In this document: piece by piece, positions 28,201-38,123 of the stretch
Numbering within the stretch: position 1 is the first letter of the stretch
Layout: each line of letters begins with the position of its first letter
DNA from: a virus
Taxonomy: Duplodnaviria; Caudoviricetes
IMG/VR virus record: IMGVR_UViG_2974796119_000001
Location: 14,834-78,833 of that record
Strand: one strand, 5' to 3'
DNA length: 64,000 nt
The notes under the pieces: model-generated
What the model saw: the letters and a program-made list of their open reading frames with translations, nothing else
Told to the model about the DNA's origin: nothing
Databases searched by the model: none
Translations under genes and position numbers: made by a program

Positions 28201-31200
28201 ACATGATAAGAAAACCTAAAACTGATGATGCTTTTTCAGGTATTGATATTGCGTTGGCAGAAGCCCCAACTGAGGTAGCTACAGAGGTGGTCGTTCCGGC
28301 CACCCCAACGCCTGTTAAAAGAACAACTGAATTTAAACCGGAAATTACAGTAGAAACAAAATCAAACAACTATGATGTTTCTATTGTTAATGGAGAATTA
28401 CAGATAAAAGCTAAACTTGGTGAGCCTAAAATTTCAACAAGTGAAAGGGCAAAAATAGTTAGTGAGTACATTAATAATACAGATTTTTCAAAAGGACCAA
28501 CAGCTAGTTTTGAAGGAAAAGGTAGTTTGTCAGATACTCAACAATCTCAGGTTATCGCTAATGAAAGTAACAATCCATTGGAAATTGCTCAAGAAATTGT
28601 ACGCGTACAAAACGCATCTACTGAAAGAATACAGCAATTAGAAACGACAAAAGACGATGCTATTGCCAATGTGTTAAAGTCATACGCTTTAAATAAAGAT
28701 GCTAAGAAAGAAGTAACCGATTTAGGTAGATATTACACAAATAAAGCTAATAAGCAAAAGAACCCTATCAGTATTGATAAAGCAAGGGAATTAGCGCAAA
28801 GTGAATTAGGAGCAGAAGTTTCATTTCAAGAGGTTTTAGATTTCTTAGAAAACAACCCAAGTATTGCACAATACAACGAAAGCTTATATGAATCAATTCC
28901 CGAAATAGCAGATTTAAAGAACAAGTTCAAAGAATTAACCGGATTAGAAGCTACAGATAAAATATTAAATAAAGTAGTAGAAAAACAAGGAGAAGTTACG
29001 GAAGAAACAACGGAAGAAACAACAGAAGATACTACTGATGAAGTTCCTTTTCAACTAGAAAGTAAGCAAACAAAAATTGCAGGAGCAGAATTAGGTGGAC
29101 TAGTAAATAGATTAAAGAAAACTGGATTAGCTGATGATGTTAGAATATTATCGGATGCACAAGCACAAAAAATACTTTCAGAAATTAAATCTGGAGAAGC
29201 AGTTACTCAAACACCAAATGGGTTTATTTACAATAACATTGTTTACCTAAACAGAGCTAAAGTAAAAATAGACACGCCTATACATGAGTTTGGGCATTTA
29301 TGGAGCTATTATATCAAAGAAATCAATCCTGATGTTTATCAAAAAGGGTTAAACTTAATTGAAAATAGTGAATATCATAATGATATTAAAAACAACTCTT
29401 TGTATGATAATCTTACCGAAGAACAAAAACTTGAAGAAGCATTAGCACAAGCTATTGGTGAAAAAGGTGTTAAGATTTTAAATGAAGCTAAAAAATCTAA
29501 ATTCTCTACCTGGTTCAAAAATTTATTCTCAAAAATTGCACAAGGATTAGGGTTAAGAAATATTTCTGGAAAACAATTATCAGAAATTACACTTGAAAAG
29601 TTTACAGATTTAGCAAGTGCTGAATTATTATCAGGAATTGAAATTGTAAAAGGAAAGGCCCCGAAACCGACAAAAAGTGAAATTGCCGATGTAAACCAAA
29701 TAGATGTTATCGTATCTGAAAGACAAGCTATCATAAAAGAACGTCAAAGATTAAAAGAATTAGTTAATTCTAAGAAGACAGTTACCGAAGCTGTAAAAAA
29801 GGAACTTGTAAAATATATAAACTCGCAACTAGATAGCCAAAAGTTATCTCAGGCAGGTAAATCTGATGTTACAAGACTTTTAAACACTGTTAGAGCAGCT
29901 AAGACTAAAACCAATTTATTAAGAGCTTTTGAACAGGTTAATGAAGTCTTCACTAAGTTGGAAAACAAAGTGTTATTCAAAGGAATAAACGATATACTTG
30001 ACAAGAAACTTTCAAAAAAAGAAAGCGGTAGAAGAAAAGCTAATTTAGTTACTGAGGAGGTTGAAACTATATTAAGAAGCGTAAAGGAAAACATTAAAAA
30101 CATACCTAAAGACGTTACTGTTCCTGCAAAAAGAAGTACTAAAAACAGAATAAATGAATATTTAGTAGAGCTTTTTGAAAAACGAGACAGTATTTTATCA
30201 AAAGAAAATCAAACTGATTCTGATTATATAGAGCTAGAGTCTTTAGTTATATCTATTGATATTTTAACTGGAATAACAGCGGAAAACTCAAATACTACTA
30301 ATGAAAATTTTACTGAAAGTTTAGGTAATTTAGCTTCAATATATGAAAACGGAAGAAGTCAATTAAAAGAACTCAGAGATCAAAGAAAAGAACAAGACCA
30401 AGAATTAATAGACGATATAATTAATGATGTAAATCCGGAAGGAATAACTACCATAAAAACTGAAAAAGAAATTAACGCTGAAAGAAAAAAAATAACTAAT
30501 GGATTAAATCGATTAATATTTAATGCAGGTTCAGGATGGTTTACAGGAAACCTAGATAGTATAATGAGTATCATTTCAAGAAGAACAGGTGAAAGCCCAT
30601 TGACTAACCTTGTTAGTGAAATGAAGAGTAAAGAAACCGGTAAAAAAAGAAGAACTAATTTATTCTCAAATAGAGTAAATCAAGCTCAGGTGGATTTATT
30701 TGGTTCTTTAACAAAAGCAGATATAGCTTTAAATAAAATAAACGAAGTAACTGTTTCAAGACAAGCTGTAGGCACCGATATTAATACACCTAAATCTCAA
30801 CAAGAATTGCCTTTTTCTAATTCACAGTTGTTGAATTTATGGATGAATAACCACAACTCTAAACTTCAAGCGGGATTAGAAGCAAATGGTTTTGACGCTA
30901 AGTTTTTTGAAAAGGTAAATAAAGTATTACCATTAAAAGTAAAAGAATACGGTGAATCATTATTTGATATTTATGATGAATTACATATTGAAGCGGATCA
31001 AGTTTACAAAGAAATGAATTTTCACTCAATGGGTAAACAAGATTTCTATGCAGGAAAAGTTTACAGAAGTGATTTTGAAACAAAACCAGATGAATTAAAA
31101 ATAGATTCAGGTAACTTCAGTATAAACAGCACAGGTTTTGGTAGCCAAAAAGAACGTACCGCAAATGATAAACCTATTGAAGCTTCAGATGTAAACACAC

Positions 31201-32723
31201 TTGTATTACGAGCTATTCAAGAAACTTCACATTATGTAGCTTTTGCGGAAGTTCATAGGAAATACGCCAAAATCCTAAAAGATAAAGGCTTTAAAAACGC
31301 AGTAAATGTTACTAATAAAAAAAACGGTGACACAATATTAAATATTCTAAATTTTTACAAAGAAAGAGATTTAGAAAGAGGTGGCTACAGAGGTAGTCCT
31401 ATTTTAGATGCACTTGCTAGAAATATATCAAGAAGTACTCTTGCATTAAAAACAAAAATTGGTGTTACTCAGATGGTATCTTTTTTCAATGGTGGAATAG
31501 ATATGCCACAATTGTCAGCTGTAGAATATGTAAAATACTATAACCCAGTAGAACTTGTAACAACAATGCGTAAACTATTAAAAGAATCAGACTATCTTAA
31601 AAATAGATATGATGTTGATGGTATAGAAAACGCAATGACAGGATTATCAGCTATTGCAGCTAAATCAGAATTTTCATTACCTAATAATACACTTGAAGCT
31701 AATAGAAAAGCTGCATCAAGATTTGTAAATAAAGCTTTTAATTATGCTTTAGCAAATGTAAAATATGGTGATATGGTTGGTGTTACTGGTGCTGTTCCTG
31801 CATATTTAGCATGGAAAGACAAATACAAAAAACAAGGATTGTCAGAAGAAGCAGCAAATCAAAAAGCTTTAAAAAGGTTTGAAGCTTCAGTAGATAAATC
31901 ACAACAAACAACATCTTCTTTTGGTAAATCACCTTTTCAGAAACACCCAGTAGGAAGATATTTTGCTATGTTCGCCACGGCTCCTATTCAAAATATCCAA
32001 AACGCAAACCTTCATTGGAGAGAGCTTTACAGAAACTTAGCTAAAGAAGGTTCTGGAAAAGGAACAAACTTTCAGCACATTATGGGTATTATGAATTATC
32101 AATTTGCCCAGCCAATGTTATATACTTATATATCTGGATTAATGGCAGGTAGTATAGCAACTGCATTAGGTTTTGGCGATGAAGAAGCAGATGATTTAGA
32201 TAAGTCATTATTAAGTTCAGCTATATTAAGTAATTACGGTTCAGCTCCTATATTTGGTTCTATTGTGACTAAAATAGTAGATATGTCTTTAGGTAAAGAA
32301 TTTACTTTTGGTGGATTATTAAGTAGTGTACTTTTTAGCACAACCGATAAATTGAACGATAACTTCAATAAGTGGATGAAAGCTAAAACAAAATCTTCTG
32401 CCGAAAAATATAAAGAAAAAACATTAAAACAAGTAGCTACTTTATTTCTTAGTATTCCTACAATGGCTACAGATACATACCTAGATTGGGATGAAATTTA
32501 CTGGAATGATAATGTTGACCAATCAGTAAAAGTTCTTAAAGCAATGGGATATAGTGATTACTTAATAGAGCAATCATTAACTACTCGAATAAGTAAAGAA
32601 TCTTCAGCAAAGAAAAAAAGAAAACAAGAAAAAAAGTTTAAAGCTTCAATTAAAAAATATGAAAAGAAAAAAACAAAAGTAAATCCATTGTTTAGGGTTG
32701 GTGGACCTAAAAACAAAAGATAA
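25275..32723 (+). CDS. giant polyvalent internal virion protein with GNAT and zincin metallopeptidase domains
   Basis: 2482 aa; GNAT motif IYVPTKSRGQGKASKVL...LYESKGF (about 27978-28175); HEFGH (29283-29297) plus EEALA. Confidence 0.75.
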   Translation: MGKQQTQPTYLSQEEYDKKLDTEISTLIDQDFGDEDIKLYGEDFKSRYAVKKKDEEVTSPDLQLDGEKDVTTSTSVGDQSIPTNGPTPEDIIQALRDTGYTDEQIKVQRESMQQEPLGTIKEPFKFEKEEQPLAERSGLPGFEGKVSAAEVDVDVSELQPQINFAQKEESLNAFKQLKDKGEISEEQYKNFEKIITDPTKKKIAEFEKLKEQYNPQRMIDLTNKFKESGVLSNQEIGSIDKEIDRKRRGDFTFLEKAKIALNFDSERNIKNININDRNSVVANAVRQKQADFMSGLDNDERLLFESYLVKRNEKLSESVKTAENFNDNIVKTALPSEVSKLRAYDAEMSKITSKPRNQLTQEDTQNYNELLTKRKQQEGVINSLGEQYEANRKTMLDNSDDLMQFNDELDLAKRDYSFYTNRVKAIDRGFQFLVENAVSFTGNTLVTIAKEVPRVRLAVGDEKLQKAQDIFNAWQINIAETKEKFEAGKGISKSFADVKGVKDFGTYVADLFTDQVPILATIYATGGAGLYTVAASSGGERTGQLLKEVKEGKKDYTQQEIIGNGLLYAGGEFIGERITLGIMNDYRRLLNTVNKSGAAKTSFREGFKNQIKGTIKGVSTANKEGLSEVYTEFFQLLADNAQLDEKRSSQFLESYVGGFVMGKGMHVAGTIPNMALGSYSKYANRQQVEKTTRQINEYQKVIAKGDLSDAIKLTYQKKITDLINKNENTINQSVDAIQNLDSSQLKEVTGINQQLIELQKALEKDNPKEVKDALGAEIKQLSDSKDKMLSSPQEQLEVLPDNGVALKEEASKILTKEKQDSGAKEFKISDTEIAFKAAELLNKQETEDAGIKVEKPKNDVSKSTMDFVEGLGVLKDVSAFVPKSIKVIVEDASAMIGETDNGNIFLETIYVPTKSRGQGKASKVLDSLTERADEQGKTIELVAAPMDATTDFNKLVKLYESKGFEKGPRFTEDTGNMIRKPKTDDAFSGIDIALAEAPTEVATEVVVPATPTPVKRTTEFKPEITVETKSNNYDVSIVNGELQIKAKLGEPKISTSERAKIVSEYINNTDFSKGPTASFEGKGSLSDTQQSQVIANESNNPLEIAQEIVRVQNASTERIQQLETTKDDAIANVLKSYALNKDAKKEVTDLGRYYTNKANKQKNPISIDKARELAQSELGAEVSFQEVLDFLENNPSIAQYNESLYESIPEIADLKNKFKELTGLEATDKILNKVVEKQGEVTEETTEETTEDTTDEVPFQLESKQTKIAGAELGGLVNRLKKTGLADDVRILSDAQAQKILSEIKSGEAVTQTPNGFIYNNIVYLNRAKVKIDTPIHEFGHLWSYYIKEINPDVYQKGLNLIENSEYHNDIKNNSLYDNLTEEQKLEEALAQAIGEKGVKILNEAKKSKFSTWFKNLFSKIAQGLGLRNISGKQLSEITLEKFTDLASAELLSGIEIVKGKAPKPTKSEIADVNQIDVIVSERQAIIKERQRLKELVNSKKTVTEAVKKELVKYINSQLDSQKLSQAGKSDVTRLLNTVRAAKTKTNLLRAFEQVNEVFTKLENKVLFKGINDILDKKLSKKESGRRKANLVTEEVETILRSVKENIKNIPKDVTVPAKRSTKNRINEYLVELFEKRDSILSKENQTDSDYIELESLVISIDILTGITAENSNTTNENFTESLGNLASIYENGRSQLKELRDQRKEQDQELIDDIINDVNPEGITTIKTEKEINAERKKITNGLNRLIFNAGSGWFTGNLDSIMSIISRRTGESPLTNLVSEMKSKETGKKRRTNLFSNRVNQAQVDLFGSLTKADIALNKINEVTVSRQAVGTDINTPKSQQELPFSNSQLLNLWMNNHNSKLQAGLEANGFDAKFFEKVNKVLPLKVKEYGESLFDIYDELHIEADQVYKEMNFHSMGKQDFYAGKVYRSDFETKPDELKIDSGNFSINSTGFGSQKERTANDKPIEASDVNTLVLRAIQETSHYVAFAEVHRKYAKILKDKGFKNAVNVTNKKNGDTILNILNFYKERDLERGGYRGSPILDALARNISRSTLALKTKIGVTQMVSFFNGGIDMPQLSAVEYVKYYNPVELVTTMRKLLKESDYLKNRYDVDGIENAMTGLSAIAAKSEFSLPNNTLEANRKAASRFVNKAFNYALANVKYGDMVGVTGAVPAYLAWKDKYKKQGLSEEAANQKALKRFEASVDKSQQTTSSFGKSPFQKHPVGRYFAMFATAPIQNIQNANLHWRELYRNLAKEGSGKGTNFQHIMGIMNYQFAQPMLYTYISGLMAGSIATALGFGDEEADDLDKSLLSSAILSNYGSAPIFGSIVTKIVDMSLGKEFTFGGLLSSVLFSTTDKLNDNFNKWMKAKTKSSAEKYKEKTLKQVATLFLSIPTMATDTYLDWDEIYWNDNVDQSVKVLKAMGYSDYLIEQSLTTRISKESSAKKKRKQEKKFKASIKKYEKKKTKVNPLFRVGGPKNKR

Positions 32724-32744
32724 ATAGAAATAAAAACAGAAATA

Positions 32745-33056
32745 ATGGTAAAAGAGTACAAGCAGCAATTAAAAGATCACATTACAGCCTTAGAAAAAGG
32801 ATATGATAACTTAATATTAATTCTAAAGGAAGATGTAGAAAAAGATGATGAAGGTAAAATAGCACTAAAAGATGATAAGATAAAAAGTTATGCTGATGGT
32901 ATTCTTAAAGCAGCACAAGCTTCAGATGATTTTTTATTAAGAATTAAAACTAAAAAAACAGAACTTGAAGAATTAGAAAACGAAGGTGAACCTATTCCTA
33001 AAGAAAAAGATAAACCTAAAAACAGCCAGAACCCTATAAATAAACGCTTACAATAA
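32745..33056 (+). CDS. putative terminase small subunit
   Basis: 103-aa helical protein overlapping the terL start. Confidence 0.5.
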   Translation: MVKEYKQQLKDHITALEKGYDNLILILKEDVEKDDEGKIALKDDKIKSYADGILKAAQASDDFLLRIKTKKTELEELENEGEPIPKEKDKPKNSQNPINKRLQ

Positions 33057-35326
33057 TGGATAAAAGTTATAGAGACAGAATAGGTAAAAAGATTAATATT
33101 TCTGACATTGTTCCGTTAGACGTTTACAAAACAAAAAATGAAAAAAAATCATGGGAGTATAGAGAATACCCTCAGTACAATATAAACTTTATATGTATTT
33201 CTAAAGATGGTACTTTAGGTGAAATATGGAAAGTAGGTGATTTGTTTATTGGTCTTCCTTCTGTAGAGGGTAAAGAAATTATAAACGCAGGTAAACCCCC
33301 AAAAGAATCAAAATGGGTTAGAGAAAAACCACCAGTAGAGTTTCGTAAATTATGGTTTAAGTACAAGAGCGAAATGGGAGAAACACATCAATCAAAATCA
33401 CCTGAAGTTCGTAAGCGTTTTGTTCAGGAGAGAAATGAATTAATAACTAAAAATATTGATTTTGTAAATGGTGAATTTGACAAAAGAGAATATGGTTTAT
33501 TTATAAAAATTGATGAAGAAGTTCACTACTTCACAGGTGAATATTGGATGTTCTTATCACACTATTACCTTACTGAATCTAATATGTATGGTTTCTTTAG
33601 AACCGTAGCTATGGAAGCATTATGGCATTGGGAAGCTTGTAAAGCAGATACTAGAGTATGGGGAGAAATTAGAGGAAAAGGACGTAGAACAAGTTGGAGT
33701 GTTGAAAGTTCTAGTATGGCCCTAAATGCTTTTACAATTACAAAATTCGCTAAAATACCTATTGTTTCAGAACGTAGTCAATTAGCAAAAGAACTATTTC
33801 AAGGTAAAATTGTAAGCTCATTTGAGTATTATCCTATTTATTTTAAGCCTTTAATTAATTTACCCAATAGTAGTGTTTCTAGTAATTTAACAGTAGAATT
33901 TGAAACAGACGAAGCTGAAAGATCAGTTATAAATCATTATCCAACAAAAACAACAGCATACGATTCAACAAAGGTTAAAAACATATCGATTAATGATGAA
34001 ATTGGTAAATGGGAAAACGAATCTTTAATAGATTTTATATCAAGACACTCAAGATGCCATACGGAAGGAGGTGCTACCGGAAGATTTGGAAGTACTGCCG
34101 GAGAGTATGCAAACGGTGGAGGTGAGGAATTTGAGATTGAATTTATGTCAGCTAACGCAAATGAAAGAAATGCTTTAGGTAGAACAAAAAATGGTTTAGT
34201 ATCATTCTTTATAGATGTTTGCTACACCATGACACAACCAGTAAGTTACTTTGATGAATGGGGTTATTCTATAGTTAACGACCCAATTGAGCCAATAATT
34301 AATGAGCAGGGTAAATTAATATCTATTGGAGCTGTAACAGATTGGCAAATAGTACATGATGATTTAAAGAAAAGTGGTAAAAAGAAAGCTTATAATTCTT
34401 TTTTAAGAGATATGCCAAGAACATTAAACCACATGTTCACTAACGAAGGAGGTACAAATAATGATTTTGATATTAATAATTTAAACGAACATGAAAACTA
34501 CCTTAAAAGTATTCCTAGCATTGAAATTAATGAAAAGATATTTAGAGGTAATTTAATTTTTGCAGGAGAAAAATTTAATTCACCTGTAATATGGAGGCCT
34601 AATGACAATGGTAGAATACAAACAACCTGGCTACCGGAAGAAGCATTACAAAACCAATCATATACTAAAGATTTTTATGGCAAAAAATTAAAGTTCCCAT
34701 CAAATAACCATATTGGCTGTTTTGGAGTAGATAGTTATGATATATCTAAAACAGTTGACGATAATGGTTCAAACGGAGCAGTTGTGGGTTATAGTAAGTT
34801 CAATATGGCGGGCGCACCGTCAAATTCATTTTTTTTAAAATACCTACATAGACCAGATAAACGTGATGATTTTTATGACGATACAATTTGCATGCTTCAA
34901 TACTTCTCAATGTTTGCTTTGGTAGAAAATAACAAGCCAAGACTTTTAGAGTACATGAAAGACTACGGCTATAGAGGTTATTCAATGACTAGACCTGATA
35001 AAAAATGGAAAGATTTATCAGATTTCGAAAAAGAGCATGGAGGAATCCCCGCTTCAGCACAGACAAATAAAGATTGTGCTAGTTTACACAAAGATTACAT
35101 ACTGGATTTTATAGGTCAAAACGTGGAAAAAGAATGTAATTGTTACTTTATAGACATGATTCAAGAATGGAAAAAATTCGATGTAAACAAACGTAAGAAA
35201 TTTGATTTAACCGTTGCAGGAGAATTAGCATTAATGGGCAGTCAATATAAAGTCAAACAAAGAAAGTCTTTAAATATTGGAGTTAATAATCGCACGAGTT
35301 TTTCGTTTAGCGACTTTGGAGCCTAA
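33056..35326 (+). CDS. terL: terminase large subunit
   Basis: Walker A-like KGRRTSWS, Walker B ISINDE, nuclease GVDSYD and FDLTVA. Confidence 0.9.
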   Translation: MDKSYRDRIGKKINISDIVPLDVYKTKNEKKSWEYREYPQYNINFICISKDGTLGEIWKVGDLFIGLPSVEGKEIINAGKPPKESKWVREKPPVEFRKLWFKYKSEMGETHQSKSPEVRKRFVQERNELITKNIDFVNGEFDKREYGLFIKIDEEVHYFTGEYWMFLSHYYLTESNMYGFFRTVAMEALWHWEACKADTRVWGEIRGKGRRTSWSVESSSMALNAFTITKFAKIPIVSERSQLAKELFQGKIVSSFEYYPIYFKPLINLPNSSVSSNLTVEFETDEAERSVINHYPTKTTAYDSTKVKNISINDEIGKWENESLIDFISRHSRCHTEGGATGRFGSTAGEYANGGGEEFEIEFMSANANERNALGRTKNGLVSFFIDVCYTMTQPVSYFDEWGYSIVNDPIEPIINEQGKLISIGAVTDWQIVHDDLKKSGKKKAYNSFLRDMPRTLNHMFTNEGGTNNDFDINNLNEHENYLKSIPSIEINEKIFRGNLIFAGEKFNSPVIWRPNDNGRIQTTWLPEEALQNQSYTKDFYGKKLKFPSNNHIGCFGVDSYDISKTVDDNGSNGAVVGYSKFNMAGAPSNSFFLKYLHRPDKRDDFYDDTICMLQYFSMFALVENNKPRLLEYMKDYGYRGYSMTRPDKKWKDLSDFEKEHGGIPASAQTNKDCASLHKDYILDFIGQNVEKECNCYFIDMIQEWKKFDVNKRKKFDLTVAGELALMGSQYKVKQRKSLNIGVNNRTSFSFSDFGA

Positions 35327-35371
35327 TTTTACCAATAAAACCACTAAAAATAATTAATTAAAGTATTTTTA
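35326..35371 (+). promoter_or_regulatory. late-type promoter of the portal gene
   Basis: ATTTTACCAATA - 26 nt - TATTTTTA. Confidence 0.5.
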
Positions 35372-35375
35372 CGAT

Positions 35376-37841
35376 ATGATGAACGATTTATACGGAAATT
35401 TCCCAGACGATTTTGCTACAAATGCAGAAAAAGACAACCTATCTTTTGGTAAAGAGGTTGGTAAAGCTGCAGCTAGTTTGTGGTATAATGGTAAGTTGTC
35501 AGCAAGAAGAAAATGGATTACTGAAATGAGACAGTATTCCAGAGGAGAGCAAATGACTAACTATAAAGAAATGATAGAGGGTAGTCGAAAGAATGGGAAA
35601 ATGGATATGAAAACCCATAAAATAGACTATGATCGTAAATTAAAAACACTTGCGGTTTTTAAAGATATTGTTACAAATCAAATTGACGAATCTTTATTTA
35701 AACCTAGAGCTGAAGCCGTAAATAGAATAGCTGTAAATAAAAAGAAAGATTACTTTAAAAAACTAGACGATGATTTTTACACTAAAGATATTGCATCTTT
35801 AATAAGTGGAGCTACAGGTGTTGATTTAGGTACTGATAATATGCCTAAAGACGAGCAAGATTTAAAGGTTAAAAAACTAGAATATAAACCAGACATTGAA
35901 ATAGCTCAAGAATTAGCTATTGAAAATGTAATGAAGCATCAGAAATTCGAAGTCGTAAAAGATAGAATGGATGAAGATTTATTTAATTTAGGTTTTGCAG
36001 TAGGAAGACACTACACAGATAATACCGAAGGCATAAAGCTTAAATATGTTGACCCTTATAATTATATTCACACTTCATTTGAAATGGAAGATGGTAGAGA
36101 TATACGGCTACATGGAGAATTAAATGAAGACACTATTTCTAATTTAGCTAAAATGGCAGGTGGTTTTTCTGAGGAACAATATTTAGCTTTAAAAAAATTA
36201 GCTTTAGGTAGAGATAAAGTTGAGACTTACAACGACAAAGAAGACGGAAATAGATTAATCGAATACATATATTTTGCTTATGAATTACCAAAAAGTAAAA
36301 TATTTAAAAAACTAAGAAAAAACAAGATTACAAAGTTAATAGACCGTACTTTAGATGGGTACGAACCTACAAACAAAAACAAAAAAGTAGAAATACCTTT
36401 TAATACATGGTATGAAGGTATGTATATTCCTCAAGCAGACATTATAGTAAAATGGAGCGAAATGGAAAACCAAGTAGAGGATAATATCAACAACCCGGTA
36501 AGTCCTTTTGTTGTTTATGCGCCAAATGTAAAGAGATTATCAGAAACAGGTACTACACGTTTTGATAGTATGGTTGAAAGAGCTATACCAATTGTAGATG
36601 ATATTCAAAGAGACTGGTACAAGTTCCAACAATTAAAAATGGAATTAAGGCCAAACACTACTGAAATCGATGTAGATGCTATTCAGAATGTAGCTTTAAA
36701 CGGTCAAAAATTAGACCCAAAAGACGTATTGGATTTATTTTTTGGTAGAGGTTTATTACTTAAACAAAAATACGATGAAGATGGTGATGTTATTGAAAAC
36801 GCAGTAAGAGAATCACCTTCCTCAGTTAATTACAATGCTATTCAGTTTTTATCAACAGAATTTACAAACAATTACAATCGATTAAGACAGTTATTAGGTA
36901 TAAACGAACTTAGAGACGGTACGACACAAACTAATACAAGAATGAGTGCTACGGTACAAAAATTACTTTTAGCTAGTTCTAATAACGCTACAAATCATAT
37001 TGTAAAAGCTAGTTTCAGTATGTCGCTAATGTTTTCTCAGGCGGTATCATATAGATTATATGATGTACTTAAAGAGCCTAGTTTAAAAAGTATGTATATG
37101 GACGTTATAGGTACTACCAACGTAGAGTTGTTAGATGCTATAAAAGAAATACCAATGCATAAATTTGGTATCTATTTTGATTTCAAACCAGATAACGAAG
37201 AAAGATTAGCTTTTGAACAATCATTGGTAAACGCATTAAATGGTCAAGAAATAAATAGCGCACAATATAACAAAGCTAGACAGATTAGAAATGTTAAAAA
37301 TGCGATTAGATATATTGAAATTGTTATTGAAGAAAATATTGAAAAAAAAGAACAGGCAAAACTTCAAAATATTCAAGCCCAAGCTCAGGCAAATGCTCAA
37401 TCTACAGTTGTTGCAGAAAGAGCAAAACAAGCTACAGAACTTCAAAAATGGAACTTAATAAAACAAGAGCTTTTATTAAAGGATCAGCTAGAAGAACGAA
37501 AAGACAGAAGAAACGCTTTAAAAGATGATATTTTAGCAGAAAGAAAACATAGGAGAACTATGGAGATAGAAGAAAAAAAGCTCCAAGCTTCAATGTCTTT
37601 AAATCAATACAAAGAAGATAAAAAAGACGATAGGATAAACCAAGTTGCTACTAACACTTCAGCAATTGTAGATCAAAAAGTAAACCAAAAACCGGCAATA
37701 GACTTCAAAAATCAAATAGATGATATATTTAGCTCTACAAGTCTAATAGATAATCAACCTCCTTTATCAGAGCAGTTATCAGAAACACCTACAAATACAG
37801 GAGTGCAAGAGCAAATTACTGAAGTAGAAACAAATATTTAA
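35376..37841 (+). CDS. portal protein
   Basis: 821 aa after terL; LKYVDPYN, LRQLLGINELRDG, C-terminal coiled-coil barrel. Confidence 0.85.
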   Translation: MMNDLYGNFPDDFATNAEKDNLSFGKEVGKAAASLWYNGKLSARRKWITEMRQYSRGEQMTNYKEMIEGSRKNGKMDMKTHKIDYDRKLKTLAVFKDIVTNQIDESLFKPRAEAVNRIAVNKKKDYFKKLDDDFYTKDIASLISGATGVDLGTDNMPKDEQDLKVKKLEYKPDIEIAQELAIENVMKHQKFEVVKDRMDEDLFNLGFAVGRHYTDNTEGIKLKYVDPYNYIHTSFEMEDGRDIRLHGELNEDTISNLAKMAGGFSEEQYLALKKLALGRDKVETYNDKEDGNRLIEYIYFAYELPKSKIFKKLRKNKITKLIDRTLDGYEPTNKNKKVEIPFNTWYEGMYIPQADIIVKWSEMENQVEDNINNPVSPFVVYAPNVKRLSETGTTRFDSMVERAIPIVDDIQRDWYKFQQLKMELRPNTTEIDVDAIQNVALNGQKLDPKDVLDLFFGRGLLLKQKYDEDGDVIENAVRESPSSVNYNAIQFLSTEFTNNYNRLRQLLGINELRDGTTQTNTRMSATVQKLLLASSNNATNHIVKASFSMSLMFSQAVSYRLYDVLKEPSLKSMYMDVIGTTNVELLDAIKEIPMHKFGIYFDFKPDNEERLAFEQSLVNALNGQEINSAQYNKARQIRNVKNAIRYIEIVIEENIEKKEQAKLQNIQAQAQANAQSTVVAERAKQATELQKWNLIKQELLLKDQLEERKDRRNALKDDILAERKHRRTMEIEEKKLQASMSLNQYKEDKKDDRINQVATNTSAIVDQKVNQKPAIDFKNQIDDIFSSTSLIDNQPPLSEQLSETPTNTGVQEQITEVETNI

Positions 37842-37849
37842 ACCAAAAA

Positions 37850-37881
37850 AAACCCTATCATTACTAATAATAGGGTTTTTT
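37850..37881 (+). terminator. intrinsic terminator after portal (AAACCCTATC family)
   Basis: AAACCCTATC...AATAGGGTTT plus T-run. Confidence 0.75.
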
Positions 37882-37903
37882 ACTTAATTATATTTTAAAT
37901 TAG
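37858..37903 (+). promoter_or_regulatory. late-type promoter nested in the portal terminator loop
   Basis: TCATTACTAATA - 26 nt - TAAATTAG. Confidence 0.55.
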
Positions 37904-37921
37904 CCGTAAATAGTAGAGATA

Positions 37922-38119
37922 ATGAGTGATAAATTAAAAAACATAATTACTAATGTTTTAGCATTAATTTTTTTCGGAATAAGTGTTTGTTTTTTTTTAG
38001 ATAAAGATTTGAAATTTAGCTTAATTGCTTTAGTTGTAGGATTATCTTTATTTGCTTATAAAGTAAGTGAGTCTAAGGTTTGGTTAGATAAGTTGTTTTA
38101 TAAGATATTAAAAAAATAA
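37922..38119 (+). CDS. small two-TM membrane protein (holin/antiholin candidate)
   Basis: two hydrophobic helices, basic C-terminus. Confidence 0.55.
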   Translation: MSDKLKNIITNVLALIFFGISVCFFLDKDLKFSLIALVVGLSLFAYKVSESKVWLDKLFYKILKK

Positions 38120-38123
38120 TAAA

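Noticed and set aside
25275-32723. Giant protein as a crAss-type virion RNA polymerase
   Set aside because: No DxDxD catalytic motif seen; GNAT and zincin motifs instead.
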